This document shows, piece by piece, positions 50,621-62,954 of a stretch of DNA of 64,000 nucleotides. Every line of letters starts with the position of its first letter. Position 1 is the stretch's first letter. A program made the translations under genes and the position numbers. The notes beneath the pieces were generated by a model. That model searched no databases, was not told the DNA's origin, and saw only the letters and a program-made list of their open reading frames with translations. Source of the DNA: Mobula hypostoma (taxonomy: Eukaryota). The DNA lies in assembly GCF_963921235.1 (NCBI RefSeq), contig NC_086097.1, forward strand, positions 160,148,001 through 160,212,000, read 5' to 3'.

Positions 50621-52519
50621 CTTTGAGAAGCTGTTCACAATCTTATTCTCCAGAACTAAATCTTAGACAGAAATGTTCCAAGGAATACCCTGAAAAACAT
50701 GGATTATTTCCAAAATCTCAGAAGCTAGTGTAGGTGGACATTAATGTGCTCCCAATGTCAATGTGCCAGAGTAGCCTTAGGTTAATTAAGGAAACGAGTA
50801 TTTGAAGAGCACAATCGTAGATCTAGCACAAAACTCATCATCTAGCAGGTAGTGATAATTCCTGCTCCCCTCCACCCAAACATTTCTATTTCCTATATTA
50901 CCAACAGCAGGTGTCCCAAGGCTTTGCAACAAATACATGAATGTTATGTCTGCCAATTCCCCCAAGTTCAATAAAAGGATGTACAGGTCAATGACAGTAT
51001 AATCTCTGATTCCAATATGTCCAGCATTGGTCACTGTCAGATGCCTGCATTGTTCAAACCATCTCATTCATATGCCTGACACTAGGTTCCTGCAATAGAT
51101 TTAAAGATTCAAAGTATGTTTATTATCAAAGTGTGTACTCAGTATACAACCCTGAGATTCGTCTTCCTGCAGACAACCATGGAACAAAGAAACACCATGG
51201 AACTCATTCAAGGTAAACATCAAATACAAAAAAAAATGCACAAACAGCAAGAAACGAGCGAATAATACACAGAATATTAAACCTCAAACCTCAGAGTCTT
51301 TGAAACAGTCTAGGAATGTTCAGTTTAGTTCAGTTCAGCTGCATCAGGCTGCAGGTTGCAAAGCCAGTTTCCACCCCCCCCCACCCCACTGGAAGAAAAT
51401 CATACATAATAGCAATAAAAAAAAGCAGTTAAGGTAACCAGAAACCAAAAACACATATACCAAGAACTACAGAGTCCTCTAAAAACGAGTCCAATCGCCA
51501 AACCACTGTTTCAAATGCTATCATTGGAAAATATTATCAAATGAACAAAGGAAGTGTTTCAAGCATGAAGGGAGGCAGCATTCTCACAAGGCTCCTGGGA
51601 ATCTCTAGCTCATGACTGCTCAAAGTGGAAAAGGAATATTCAAGGTGGCTTTGAGAACTTTGATATCACACGTTGGGAAAGCACGGAGCCCGTGAATAAA
51701 TGTGGAAGGAACGCACCACCTCACAAATTAACCAAATGACTGCTCCATCGGACACCTTCTGCCCCATCTGTGAAAGAGCCACCTGAGAACCCACACAACT
51801 GGAGTGGAAGTTTGGCATATATTGCATGTATTATACACACAGAAGTCTATGTAAGAAGCACATAAAATAGAAATTGTTTCCAACAATAAGTAAGCACAAT
51901 GTGAAGGTAAATAGCCAGCCATATTGTTCATATTTATCTGGACAATATTGTAAATTTAAAGAAGAGATTGGACTCCACAAATAAGGAATCGAATAAGTAG
52001 AGGATATTGAAACACATCGACTATTTCAAACTCAGAAACCAACATATAGTAATTTATTTCTCCAATCACTTCCACCATCTAGGTTCTCTGTAATACACAC
52101 AAAATATACCAAACATAACATGCAAATAGAAGGAAACAGATTAGGTCTTCTCTTGGCAAAGGATTAAATAAGACCAGAGCTTTTAATATTCCAGTTATAT
52201 GGCATTCATGTTGAATTATTATTATTTTTCCTTTCTAAGATGCAGCACTATGAAATACAGAAAATCCATTATAGTCACTGACTTGACTAGGAAAACAGAG
52301 CTCTAATGAACTAACCTTTCATAGTTTCTTCAAAAAGAACGTAAATTAAATTATGCTTCTACACACGCCGAAGGAGCGCTTGAATTCAAATTTGACATTA
52401 TTAATGTCTTCCTCCAGTTTTGTATAAGTGTATGTGAAATATTGCCTGGCTTCAATCTCATCGTGAAGAAAAAGAATTGTTCAAGGACTCATTCTACTGA
52501 AAGTAAGTCTGGGAAAGTA

Positions 52520-53580
52520 TTATCATAGAGTCCAAGAGCAATAATGCATGTATACAGACCTTGTAGCCCAATGAGTCCATGTCAAACAGAGAGTACCAAT
52601 TACCTTTCGGTTCATATGCCTCCGAACTGTACCCCTATATGGACTTACCCAAATACTTCTTAAATTATACTCTTGTATATGCCTCATTACTTCTGCTGAC
52701 AGCTCGTTCTGTGTAGTCATCGCTCTCTGCATCAGGCAGTTGCACCTCAGCTCCCTTTCCCTTCTCAACCTGAATCTATGTCCCCTAGCTTTGGTCTCAC
52801 CTGTGCTGGGAAAGGACTGTTATCAAGATTATCTCTGTTACTTGTCTCCGCCTCTCATCATTTAAAAAGCTTCTATAAAGGTGCCAATCATGCTCCTATA
52901 TTCCAAGGAATAAACATCCATCTTGGCCAACCTCTCCCGAAACTCAGGTCCTCTATCTCTGCAACATCATTTCTGCACTCTTTCTGCATCTTTCCTACAA
53001 TGGGGTAAACAAAACTGTACACTGTGCTCCAAATGTGGTCTCACTAATGACTCATGCAAACACAATGTAATGTCCCAACTCCTATATTCAATATCTTGAC
53101 TAATGAAGGCCAGCATGATAAATGCCTTTTTCACCAAGCAGCCTACCAGTGATGCTGCTTTCAACAAACTATGCTCCTGTACTCCTAATTCCTTTTGTTC
53201 CATAATGCTGCCTTGTGCCCTCCCATTCATAGTACAAGTCCTACGCTGGATTGACTTTCCAAAATGCATCACCTCATTCTCATCTGTACTTAAAACCATT
53301 TCCCTCTCATTGGCCCACTTCCCTAAATGGTCAAAATCACACTGTAATCTATGTAACCTTCTTCATTATCAAGAATGCCTCCTAATTTCATGTCATCTGT
53401 AAACTTGCTGAATAAGTCTTGTGCATTCACATCCAAATCATTCAGATAAAGAATAAATAACAAGAATCCCAACACTGACTGCTGCAGCACGCCACTAGTC
53501 ATCAGCCTCCATTCCGAGAAACAACCTTCAGCCACTATCTCTGCTTCCTAGCTGCTTTCAACAAATTTTGAATCAACCCC
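52520..53580 (-). mobile_element. CR1 LINE RT/3' fragment
   Basis: TSGVLQQSVLG…KFTDD; LVRPHLEHSVQFCLPH. Confidence 0.85.
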
Positions 53581-53589
53581 AAGATTTAA

Positions 53590-54320
53590 GATCATAGACA
53601 ATAAGATATAGGAGTAGAATTAGGCCGTTTAGCCCATCGAGTCTGTTCCGCCATTTCATCATGGCTGATCCGTATTCCTTTTCAGCCCCATTCTCATGTC
53701 TTCTCCGTGTATCCACTCATGTCCAGATTAATCAAGAATTTATCAACCTCTGCTTTAAATATACTCAATGATTGGCCTCCTTAGCTGCCTGTGGCAATAA
53801 ATTCCACACATTCACCACTCACTGGCCAAAGAAATTTCTCCTCATCTGTCATCTCCATTCTAAAAGGACACCCCTCTAATCTGAGGTTGCACTTTCTGGT
53901 CTTAAGCTCCTACACTGTAGAAAACATTCTCTCCACATCCACTCTATCAAGGCCTCTTAGTATTTGATAGGTTTCAATGAGGTCACCCCTCATTCTTCTG
54001 AATTCCAGTGAGTTCTGGCTCAGAGCCATCAAACGCTCTTCATATGACAAGCCTGTCATCCTGGAATCATTTTCATGAACCTCCTTTAAACCTCTTCAAT
54101 GTCAGCACATCCTTTCTTAGATAAAGGGCCCAAAACTGCTCAAAACACTCTAAGTGAGGCCTCACTAGTGCTTCACAAAGCCTTAATATTACATCCTTGC
54201 TTTTATATTCTAGTCCTCTGGAAATGAATGCTAACATTACATTTACCTTCCTCGCCACTGACTCAACTGCAAATTAACCTTTAGGGAATCCTGCACAAGG
54301 ACTCCCAAGTCCCTTTGCGT
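53590..54320 (-). mobile_element. CR1 LINE 3' fragment
   Basis: QRDLGVLVQDSLKVN, LVRPHLECFEQFWA; CR1 3' UTR and TCTTAT tail. Confidence 0.88.
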
Positions 54321-54324
54321 TAAA

Positions 54325-54709
54325 AACTGGGTGTGGGAAGGGGATGAAATAAAACATTGGGAAGTTGATTGGTGAAAGAGATAAAGGGCTAGAGAAGGGG
54401 GAATCCGATAGGAGAAGATAGAAGACCATGGAAGAAAGGGAAGGATGAGCAGCACCAGAAGGAGGTGATGGGCAGGTTAGGAGATAAGGTGAGAGAGGGA
54501 AATGGAGATGGGGAATGATAAAAGAGAAGGGGAGAAGGGAAATTACCCAAAGTTAAAGAAATCGATGTTCATGCCATCAGGTTGGAAGCTACCCAGACAG
54601 AATATAATGTGATGCTCCACCAACCTGAGTGTGGCATCATTGCAGCATTAGAGGAGGCCATGAACTGACATGCTGGATTGGAAATGGGAAGTGGAACTGA
54701 AATGGGTGG
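54325..54709 (-). mobile_element. Penelope-like 3' fragment
   Basis: Antisense to 12280-12700 (gggtagcttccaacctgatggcatgaacatcgatttc; ATHFSSTSH…MSVHGLL). Confidence 0.8.
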
Positions 54710-55681
54710 CAAACAGTACTGGATCCCAGGAGGCCCCAAAGAGATTGGAGAGACGGTAGGTGCCCTGTTGTAGGAGGGAGTCACTTGCCCAGCCACCTTC
54801 CCCTACAACAGCATGGTGTGGCCAGTGCAGGAGTGGAATGGAACGTGGCACATGATGGTTGACTATTGACAGCTGAACAAGCATACTCCATTCCTCAGAG
54901 CAGCTGTTTCAGAGTGGTGACCACTATTGAGGACACAGGTTGCAGGGGGAGGAAGCATTGGTCGGTAGTGGACCCGGTCAATGCCTTTTTCTCCACTCCC
55001 CTGAGTCCAGAGTCCCATGACCAGTGGGGTGGTCGGCAGTGCTCCTTTTGCTGCCTCCCCCAGGGGTATGCTCACTGTCACATGTTGTGCCTCAGCATGG
55101 TAGCTCGTGATTTTCAGGGGGTACAGCAGACCCTAGAATCTCCATATCGCACTGCACGGGCAATGTGCTGTTACAAGGGCCTTTGCAGGACATGGTGAGG
55201 CAGGCACTAGATGAAATGGTTACCTGCCTAAGGGAGCAGGGTTAATCTATCAACCAAGATAAGTGTCATGGTCTGGATCGGGGTCCCTTTAAATTTACCT
55301 TGTTTATGTTACCATCCGGACCATTGATTCCCTGTTTTCCCGTGTCCCTCGGCTTTGGTGATTAGAGGCAATTAACGCTCGGCTGAACTGTTAGTTTATA
55401 GTTTCTGACTTTCAGCCGTTCGGCGCGGGAGCATCTGCAAAGTCATCAAAGGTATGGTGTGCCGATGTCATCTGGCCGGAGCAAGCCTAGTCTCTGCCGA
55501 AGCGAGTGCCGGTAATTCGCCCTTCCTCACCGGAGCAACCCTGTCCAGTTACCTCGGCAAAGCAAGCCTGCAAAGTTTCCTCATCAATGTGGGTCCGTCA
55601 GTTAACCCGCCAGAGAGAATCAGGAGCCGCTGTCTACTGTTGCTGGGCCGAGTCTAGAGCTCGCCACTACCCAGAGGTTCG

Positions 55682-55860
55682 AAGTACCACGTCCAAGTCC
55701 TGGCTCCGGCAGCATCCAAGTACCACGTCCAAGTTCTGGCTCCAGTGGCATCCAAGTACCACGTCCAAGTCCAAGTCCTGGCCCTGGCGGCATCCGAGTA
55801 CCAAGTCAAGTCCTGACCCTGGCGGCATCCGAGTACCTAGTCAAGTCCTGGCCCTGGCAG
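55682..55860 (+). repeat. ~33-42-bp tandem repeat (about 5 units) inside the solo LTR
   Basis: AGTACC(ACGTC)CAAGTCCTGGC(T/C)C(C/T)GGC(A/G)GCATCC units. Confidence 0.85.
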
Positions 55861-55999
55861 TCTGTGATTCCTGTCCTAACCCCCTGTCTGAATCCCTTCT
55901 CTGCTCCTCTCGCCTCTAGCCCTCGTCTGTAGCCCTCGCCTGCACCTCGGTCTAGCTCTATCACTGGAGCTAGATAGGAACTGTGTTGTTCTTTGGTGT

Positions 56000-56135
56000 T
56001 TGTCTTGTCTTGTCCTCGCCTCCGTGGGGTAAGTCAGGCCGTCTTGCCGTTGCTCCGCGAGGGGTCATGTCTTGTCTTGTCTTGTCCTCGCCTCCGTGGG
56101 GTAGGTCAGGCCGTCTTGCCGTTGCCCCGCAGAGG
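56000..56135 (+). repeat. ~72-bp tandem duplication inside the solo LTR
   Basis: TGTCTTGTCTTGTCCTCGCCTCCGTGGGGTA(A/G)GTCAGGCCGTCTTGCCGTTGC occurs twice. Confidence 0.85.
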
Positions 56136-58140
56136 TTCATGAGTCCCGGCCCTATGTTCTGTACACAAGGAGGGGTCCCAGCTCTCTGTTCTGTGTGTGA
56201 GTCCCAGCCCTATGTCCTGTACCCAAGGAGGGGTCCCGACTCTATGTTCTGTGTATGTGTCCATGGTTCCATGTACCTGCTCTTCCGAGACCGAGGCTCT
56301 GTTTTCCATGTTTCTCCTCTCCCTAGCCCATGTCATGTCCTTGCCTGGTTCTGGGGTCCGAGCCCGAGGCAAGACCCAGGTACTGGGTCCTTGCCCAGTC
56401 TCGGGCTCGGAGTCCATACCCTAGCCTCTTCATGTCTCCTCTAGTTCTGGGAGCCGATTCCGAGTCCTAGCCCAGACCCCTAGTCCCAGCCTAGTAGTAG
56501 TCCTGAGTCCTTGTCCAATTTGCTATTCCTGCTCCTACCTAGCTCTCCTGGTATCGAACAATAAACTAAATCTAAGTAACCTCACAAGATGTGTCTTGCA
56601 TTTGGGTCCACCCTTGCTCCCAATGCCCCTGCCACTGTGACAATAAGATACAGGGCTCAGGTCAGAATGTTTTATTTCTGAGCATACAGTGGCATTCTAG
56701 GTAGCAGGCGATACCCAATAAGACCAAGCACAAGATCTTGAATGCTGCAGTCCCCACTTCTAAGGAGGAAACACAGCACTTTGTAGGGCTTCCTGAGTAT
56801 TGAGGCCAACATATTTCCCACCTGTCCAGGATATTACAAGCCCTACACCAAGCCACCCACAAAAAGACCGGGGTCCTGAACAGCAAGCAGGCAGTGGAAC
56901 AGGCTCCCCAGACAGAGTGGAGGACCATTTGAAATGTAGGTTTCAGCTGTCCCTAGAGCGGCTCAGTAGATCCATGGCATGTGCTCAAGTGGCTTCGTGT
57001 CCCTTTAAGGTTTTGGAGCAAGACTTTCCATGAGGCAGCAACCTGATGCACCTGCTTCAAGAGGCAGTTGTTGGGCTGCTATTGGGCCCTCCTGGCCACT
57101 GAACACCAGGCAGCTTCAGAGCCAGTCGTGCTGCGACGGTATCTCCCTACCATGCAGTGGGTGAAGTCCAACAATGCGACTCACAAGCAAAGTCGTCATG
57201 CAGGAGGGAGAGGGGGATATCCAGCTAACAGATGAGTTGGTGGCCATGACCTGCCCATCAAAGCAGCAACTAGGCCGATTAGAATCTATACCGACCCCTG
57301 GGCAGTGGCCAGTGACATGGCGGTCTGGATGCCTCAGTGACATGAGCAAAGCTGGAGGTGCATGGGTGCCCCTATTGGCAACATAGTTGGAGGGATGCAC
57401 AGCAGCAGCAGATTGTGATCATTCATGCAGATGGCCACACCTCTAGGGACACAGAGGAGGCCATGCATAATGCTGCTGGAGATAGAGCAGTGCAGATCAG
57501 ATGGCCACAGTGCGTTCTGAGGATGAGGACCATGTTTGCCTGGCAGTCTGTGCTCACCAGAAGAGTGGGCACTTATGGGTGGACAGGATTAGGAAACGGG
57601 CAGAGGCTCAAGTGGTGGTGCTAACTTACAACAAGGCCAAGCAGGCAGTCACAAGCTGCCTGATCTGCCAGTAAGTTAAGCCCAGAGGATGACCAGCAGG
57701 TCCCTTGGGGCACATCCAAAGCAGCACAGGAGCTGGTCAGGTCTGGTAGATAGATTATATTCGGTCACTTCCGCAACAAAATAAAAAAACATGGTCAACA
57801 CATACCGGAGTCCTGGTGGCAGTGCCGTATGACCAGGCTGACCAGAAAAACACAGAGAAAGGTTTCCAGCAATTGTCATCCATGTAAGGGATCCCCTGGG
57901 GGATTAAATCAGATAATGGCTCACATTTCGCAGGAGCTATGGACCAGGATTGGGCAATGGAATCCAGCAATTCATGGGTGTTTTACATCCCATGTTATCT
58001 GCAGAGCAAATGCATGAATGGGTTGTTAAAGCAACAGATAAATCTACTGACCCCGGCACGCACCCTTCAGAGGTGGCTGGGTGCGATGCACCAAAGTAGT
58101 GGACTTCCTGAACTCCCAGTCAGCATGTTCAGTGGACAGG

Positions 58141-58385
58141 TAGAAAGATAGATAGATAGATACTTCATTGATCCCAAAGGAAATTACTGTGTTACTGTAG
58201 CATTACAAGTGCACAGATATACAAACGTTAGAAAGGAAGTAAGAAAGAAAAAAAAAATAGGTTGCTTCAAACAGTCTAACGGGAGGGGGTCATCACTTCC
58301 CTGGCTATAGGTTGACTCATTGTAGTCTAACAGCCGAGGGTAAGAATGACCTCATTGTGCTCTTTGACCAGTGCAGTTGTCTTAA
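58141..58385 (-). mobile_element. LINE 3' end (Rex-like) with (TATC)n tail inserted in the ERV integrase region
   Basis: (GATA)n followed by cttcattgatcccaaaggaaattac; ERV-like sequence resumes at ~58390. Confidence 0.6.
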
Positions 58386-61300
58386 TATATTCTGGCATTT
58401 AGCAGTGTTGGGCCCCCTGAAGCTAGACGAGTGGATTTGGAGGATGAATTGAGGGAAGTTTGGGTGCGGTTAACGACAGGAGCCACCAGTGCGGGGAGGG
58501 ACTGTGGCGTGCAGACCAGGGAATACGTGGTGGGTAGCGTTACTAGGAGAACTAGGAATGACATGTCTAAATGCCCAAGGATTAACTAAGAGAATGGTTT
58601 CTTAAGATTCAAAATGTATGCAATAGAAATAATGTATATAGTTATTGGGAGGAATAATACATCAAATGATATTTATTTGTTCCATGACATGACCTTATTG
58701 TATTTGTTTGGCAAAAAGAAAATGTTATTGGGATATTAATAATTTAGAAGTCATTTCTTTTATTGAAAACTATAATTTGTTTGAATGCTGTTTTGTGGGT
58801 TTGCAATTAGACTACAGTAATGAGAACAGTTAGCTGGTGCAAAGATTAGTCAACAATAATTAGACCCCTGGACAGTTGCCAAAACACTGTCCTGGTAGAG
58901 ATGTTTGCAGTACTTCAGGAGTGCTGGAATAATAAAGATATCATTTTCTATCAAGGTAAAACTACCTTCAGGAGCAGTGGCTGGGTACTGCAAGTGGTAC
59001 CTGCGGTCCTTGCGTAATTGGTGGAAGTAGCTTGTAATTTTTTAATCCTTTCATTCAAGTAGTTAGAAATCCATTGATTGTGCGCTGATAAGAGAAAGTA
59101 GAAGCAAGTATAGGACATACTGTATATTCTTTACACCTGATCAGTCATACATTAAGATCCTAGCTAAGCCTTTAATTTATCCCTTTTTCTGACCTTTGTT
59201 TCCTTATCTAAAATCTTCCTGTCTCATTCTTGATTATACTCAGTATCCATAATCCTTCGGGGCAAAGAGCTTAATGTTGTGAACACTGCTCCTCATTGTA
59301 TCATGGGACTGGACCTGCAAAGAAAGTGCAAGCTATTAAAAAGAATCTATAAAATAATGCCGTCAATGGTGTGTTGATGCCACCAACCTCCCTGTGTTCT
59401 GAGCTGCCTTTGTTACACTCGTGATTTGAGCTTAATCTGCTTGCAAGGGGTCTAAATGCTTGATATTTGAATAAGGTTATTAAAGGCCTCAAAACCATGT
59501 GATTGGCCATCATAATGCAGCAATGATCATTCAATGAAAAGTCTGGCCAGCTTCAGTTTTAAAGGCACTCCCTCTAACTTGACAAGAGTGCCCTGAAGCA
59601 TGGAGGACAGTGTCAGTATTTGTCACCAGAGCCTAATCCATAATTTTTAGCTGAAGCCTGATAGAGAGAACATTGGTATCTTCCAAGAATAAGCCAAGCA
59701 AGGCAAGCAGAAAAAGGATTTCTTATCAGTTTTGGTTTGGTTTGGATGACCAGTAGTATTTCTGTGGGATCCACAAGGAAACTTTTTGCCAATTCTGCAT
59801 CTCCTCTCTAACAACATATGGGATCTTATTTCCAGATTTCTCTTTTATGAGTTGAATATGTCTTGGTCTACATGCTTCCCGTCAGCCAGGAAGTAATTCT
59901 TGTGAGATCAGGGGAAATTTAATCCTGTGTTGATAAATGAGCCAGGAACAGACCTGTCATGTCATTATACTGTGCACTCCACTCTCCCATATTTTGTTTC
60001 CGACTCTGTATTGAGGTAAAATCAAAGGAAATTTCATGGCTTCTAGGATGGTTGCTGGTGATCAGGCCCTCTTATTGTTTCTGTCACTGACTATAAACAT
60101 TTAAAAGAAATAGCAATGAAAACCATGCTAGACTGCATCAACTGCAGCATTCTCTCTCCTCCAAGTTAAAGTTGAATATCCTGGCTTCCAAGTCCCAGTC
60201 GGAGAAGGGCACCAGGTTCTTGAGAACGTCCCGCTTCCATTTCCCCTCCATGTCACATTCCATGTTAATTTGGAAAAAAACATCACTTTTCTTCAACTCT
60301 GTTGGATCCAAATACTGCACTTTCCCTCTGAACCACATTGAGGAGTACCACACAGACAAGAGCAACTTCAGGTTACCACCACCTTCTTAAGAACACTTAG
60401 GAATGGTCAACAAATGCTGAGTTTGCCAGTTATGCTGATTTAAAATTATTGTTAAAAATCTGGTGATATATTTGGTATAATCAGTAAACACATCTAATTG
60501 GTTTAATTTCTAGATCTTGTGGAATAGTTCATTAACAATAGTAGTCACAGCATTAGACAGCCCCAAAAGAGGCCATTTGGCCCACTACGTTCAAACTGAC
60601 TATCAAGTGCCCATTTACACTAACCCTGTGATCATTCCACTTTATTCTCCCTAGTATTAAAGGAAAGTTGGTTGGTACTTAAATGAAGTGTTGGTTGAAA
60701 TGTAAGAGTTGTTGGCACATCTTTAATTCCAATTGAAAAAGGAAATTGCAAAGTAGAACACGACAATGGGGAAGGACATTCACCATTAAAGACATTCATT
60801 TCCTCTGCCAGTCCGACTTAGTTGGAGATTATTTTTATTCAGCTTTACATTTCATTACAGATTAGCCAGGAACTCATTTCTGTTCCCTTAAGAATCCTTT
60901 CCCATCAGAATATTTCAGATATTGTGAAAATAGATCCTGACAGATGCAGATAAACATAGCTTTTTCCCTTGCAAAGGAAGAAGAGTCCAGTTTCTGGGCT
61001 GAAATTACTTCAAGTTTCTCCTATCCCAGCTATATTGTGAACTTTTGATGGAAAAACTTTTAGTTTTAACCCAATGAAAAAGGTAAGATTTTTAAGGTGG
61101 GTTCAGATGTGTACTCTAAATAGAAGTGAATCTTGTAAGCTATGCTGAGTCAAGGTAAAGTAAGTCATTTCATAATAAAATCTCTAAGGCAACAAGAAAT
61201 GGAGTGTTACAATGCTATCCAGATTTTCACCTCTCATTTTGCTTTACCTGTCAAACTTTGATTACAGATTTAGGTTAAAGAAACTTCTGACCTCAAACAC

Positions 61301-62054
61301 ACAAACCCACAGTTAATCTACAACTACGTTACTTCCAAGGGATCAACAAGTTATTTTCCAGCAAATATCTTTGCTCAAACCCTGGTTATAACATACCATT
61401 ATGTTGAAATGCTCAATACAAACAAGATTTTGACTCAGGTTTACTGCCCTAAAGAAAGAGTTGTATGTTTCACCTGTAAATAGCTAGTTTTAGAGGCCAT
61501 ATCCTTACATCGATCTGGGCATCATACTGTATGATGAATAAGGATACAATTGCATCTATTTGCAAGCACAAAAGCTAGTTTAAGGAATCATTCCAAAAAC
61601 ATTTGTCATTAATTTGCACAATGTGCTATTTAATATGGAAGTGAGTAAATATCTGCATTTGACCTTTGATCTAACTATGATGTCATGAATGATGCATTTA
61701 GATTCCATTTCAAATCACTCTAGGAAATCATGAGCCAAGAATGATCAATAAAGATTGAATAAATATTTACAATCCTAACATAGTTGACAGGCTAGAATTG
61801 TTAACTGGCTTACAAAGATGGCATTCACTTCTGCAGCTGAAGAAAGCATACGTGCAAGACTAGATTAGAGAATCAGAATCAGGTCTATTATCACCGACAT
61901 GTGACGTGAAATTTGTTAATTTAGACTAGATTATACTAGATTCTATGTTGATTATATAGGATTGGGAACTTTTGCACAGAATGCAGTCCACTTTAATGTC
62001 TTCAAAAGCAACTCCATCATTTTTTGGTTTCTGCCTCATGGTGCAAGAAGATCA

Positions 62055-62780
62055 AGTAAATGGCAGGATACTTGGTAGTGTGGGGGAGCAGAGGGATCTG
62101 GGAGTACATGTCCACAGATCCCTGAAAGTTGCCTCACAGGTGGATAGGGTAGTTAAGAAAGCTTATGGGGTGTTAACTTTCATAAGTCGAGGGATAGAGT
62201 TTAAGAGTCGCAATGTAATGATGCAGCTCTATAAAACTCTGGTTAGGCCACACTTGGAGTACTGTGTCCAGTTCTGGTCACCTCACTATCGGAAGGATGT
62301 GGAAGCATTGGAAAGGGTACAGAGGAGATTTACCAGGATACTGCCTGGTTTAGAGAGTATGCATTATGATCAGAGATTAAGGGAGCTAGGGCTTTACTCT
62401 TTGGAGAGAAGGAGGATGAGAGGAGACATGATAGAGGTGTTCAAGATAATAAGAGGAATAGATAGAGTGGATAGCCAGCGCCTCTTCCCCAGGGCACCAC
62501 TGCTCAATACAAGAGGACATAGTTTTAAGGTAAGGGGTGGGAAGTTCAAGGGGGATATTAGAGGAAGGTTTTTTTACTTAGAGAGTGGTTGATGCGTGGA
62601 ATGCACTGCCTGAGTCAGTGGTGGAGGCAGATACACTAGTGAAGTTTAAGAGACTACTAGACAGGTATATGGAGGAATCTAAGGTGGGGGCTTATATGGG
62701 AGGCAGGGTTTGAGGGTCGGCACAACATTGTGGGCTGAAGGGCCTGTAATGTGCTGTAGTGTTCTATGTTCTATGTTCTA
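62055..62780 (+). mobile_element. Young CR1 LINE 3' fragment
   Basis: QRDLGVHVHRSLKV…[17 protein letters not shown]…; (TTCTATG)n tail. Confidence 0.93.
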
Positions 62781-62954
62781 ATTATTTGGTTATGCTAAGC
62801 TTAATCATACAATACAAAATAAAAGACAGTTAAGTGGTCAAGCATGCTTAGATTCACAGATTTTAACGTTTCTATGAGTATCACTATGTTTGTTTCTTTG
62901 TGTGTTTTTTTGTCAGCTTCGTTTCTGAGCAAGTGCATGAAAGTCAGATCGTAA

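Larger units (their letters stand above)
55264..56642 (+). mobile_element. Solo LTR (Gypsy-like), 1379 bp, with internal tandem repeats
   Basis: TGTCA…TGACA termini, perfect TSD ATAAG (55259-55263 and 56643-56647), AATAAA at ~56560. Confidence 0.9.
54710..58550 (+). mobile_element. ERV-L-like (class III) endogenous retrovirus pol relic (RT, RNase H, integrase)
   Basis: KQYWIPGG…PYNSMVWPV…WHMMVDY*QLN; VDPVNAFFSTP; LPQGYAH; INQDK|IQG; PLRFWSK…RQLLGCYWALLATE; IYTDPWAVA; AHQKSGH…CLICQ; W*IDYI; SDNGSHF; NGLLKQQI. Many stops and frameshifts. Confidence 0.85.

Noticed and set aside
52418..52502. Candidate plus-strand exon (cttcctccag…AA|gtaagt; open frame FCISVCEILPGFNLIVKKKNCSRTHSTE)
   Set aside because: Peptide not recognisable and no partner exons found; needs RNA-seq.
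55682..55860. ~36-bp repeats resembling a CRISPR array
   Set aside because: Head-to-tail units without unique spacers, inside an LTR, in eukaryotic DNA with no cas genes.
55264..56642. LTR as the ERV's own LTR
   Set aside because: It interrupts the RT frame and has its own TSD, so it is a later insertion.
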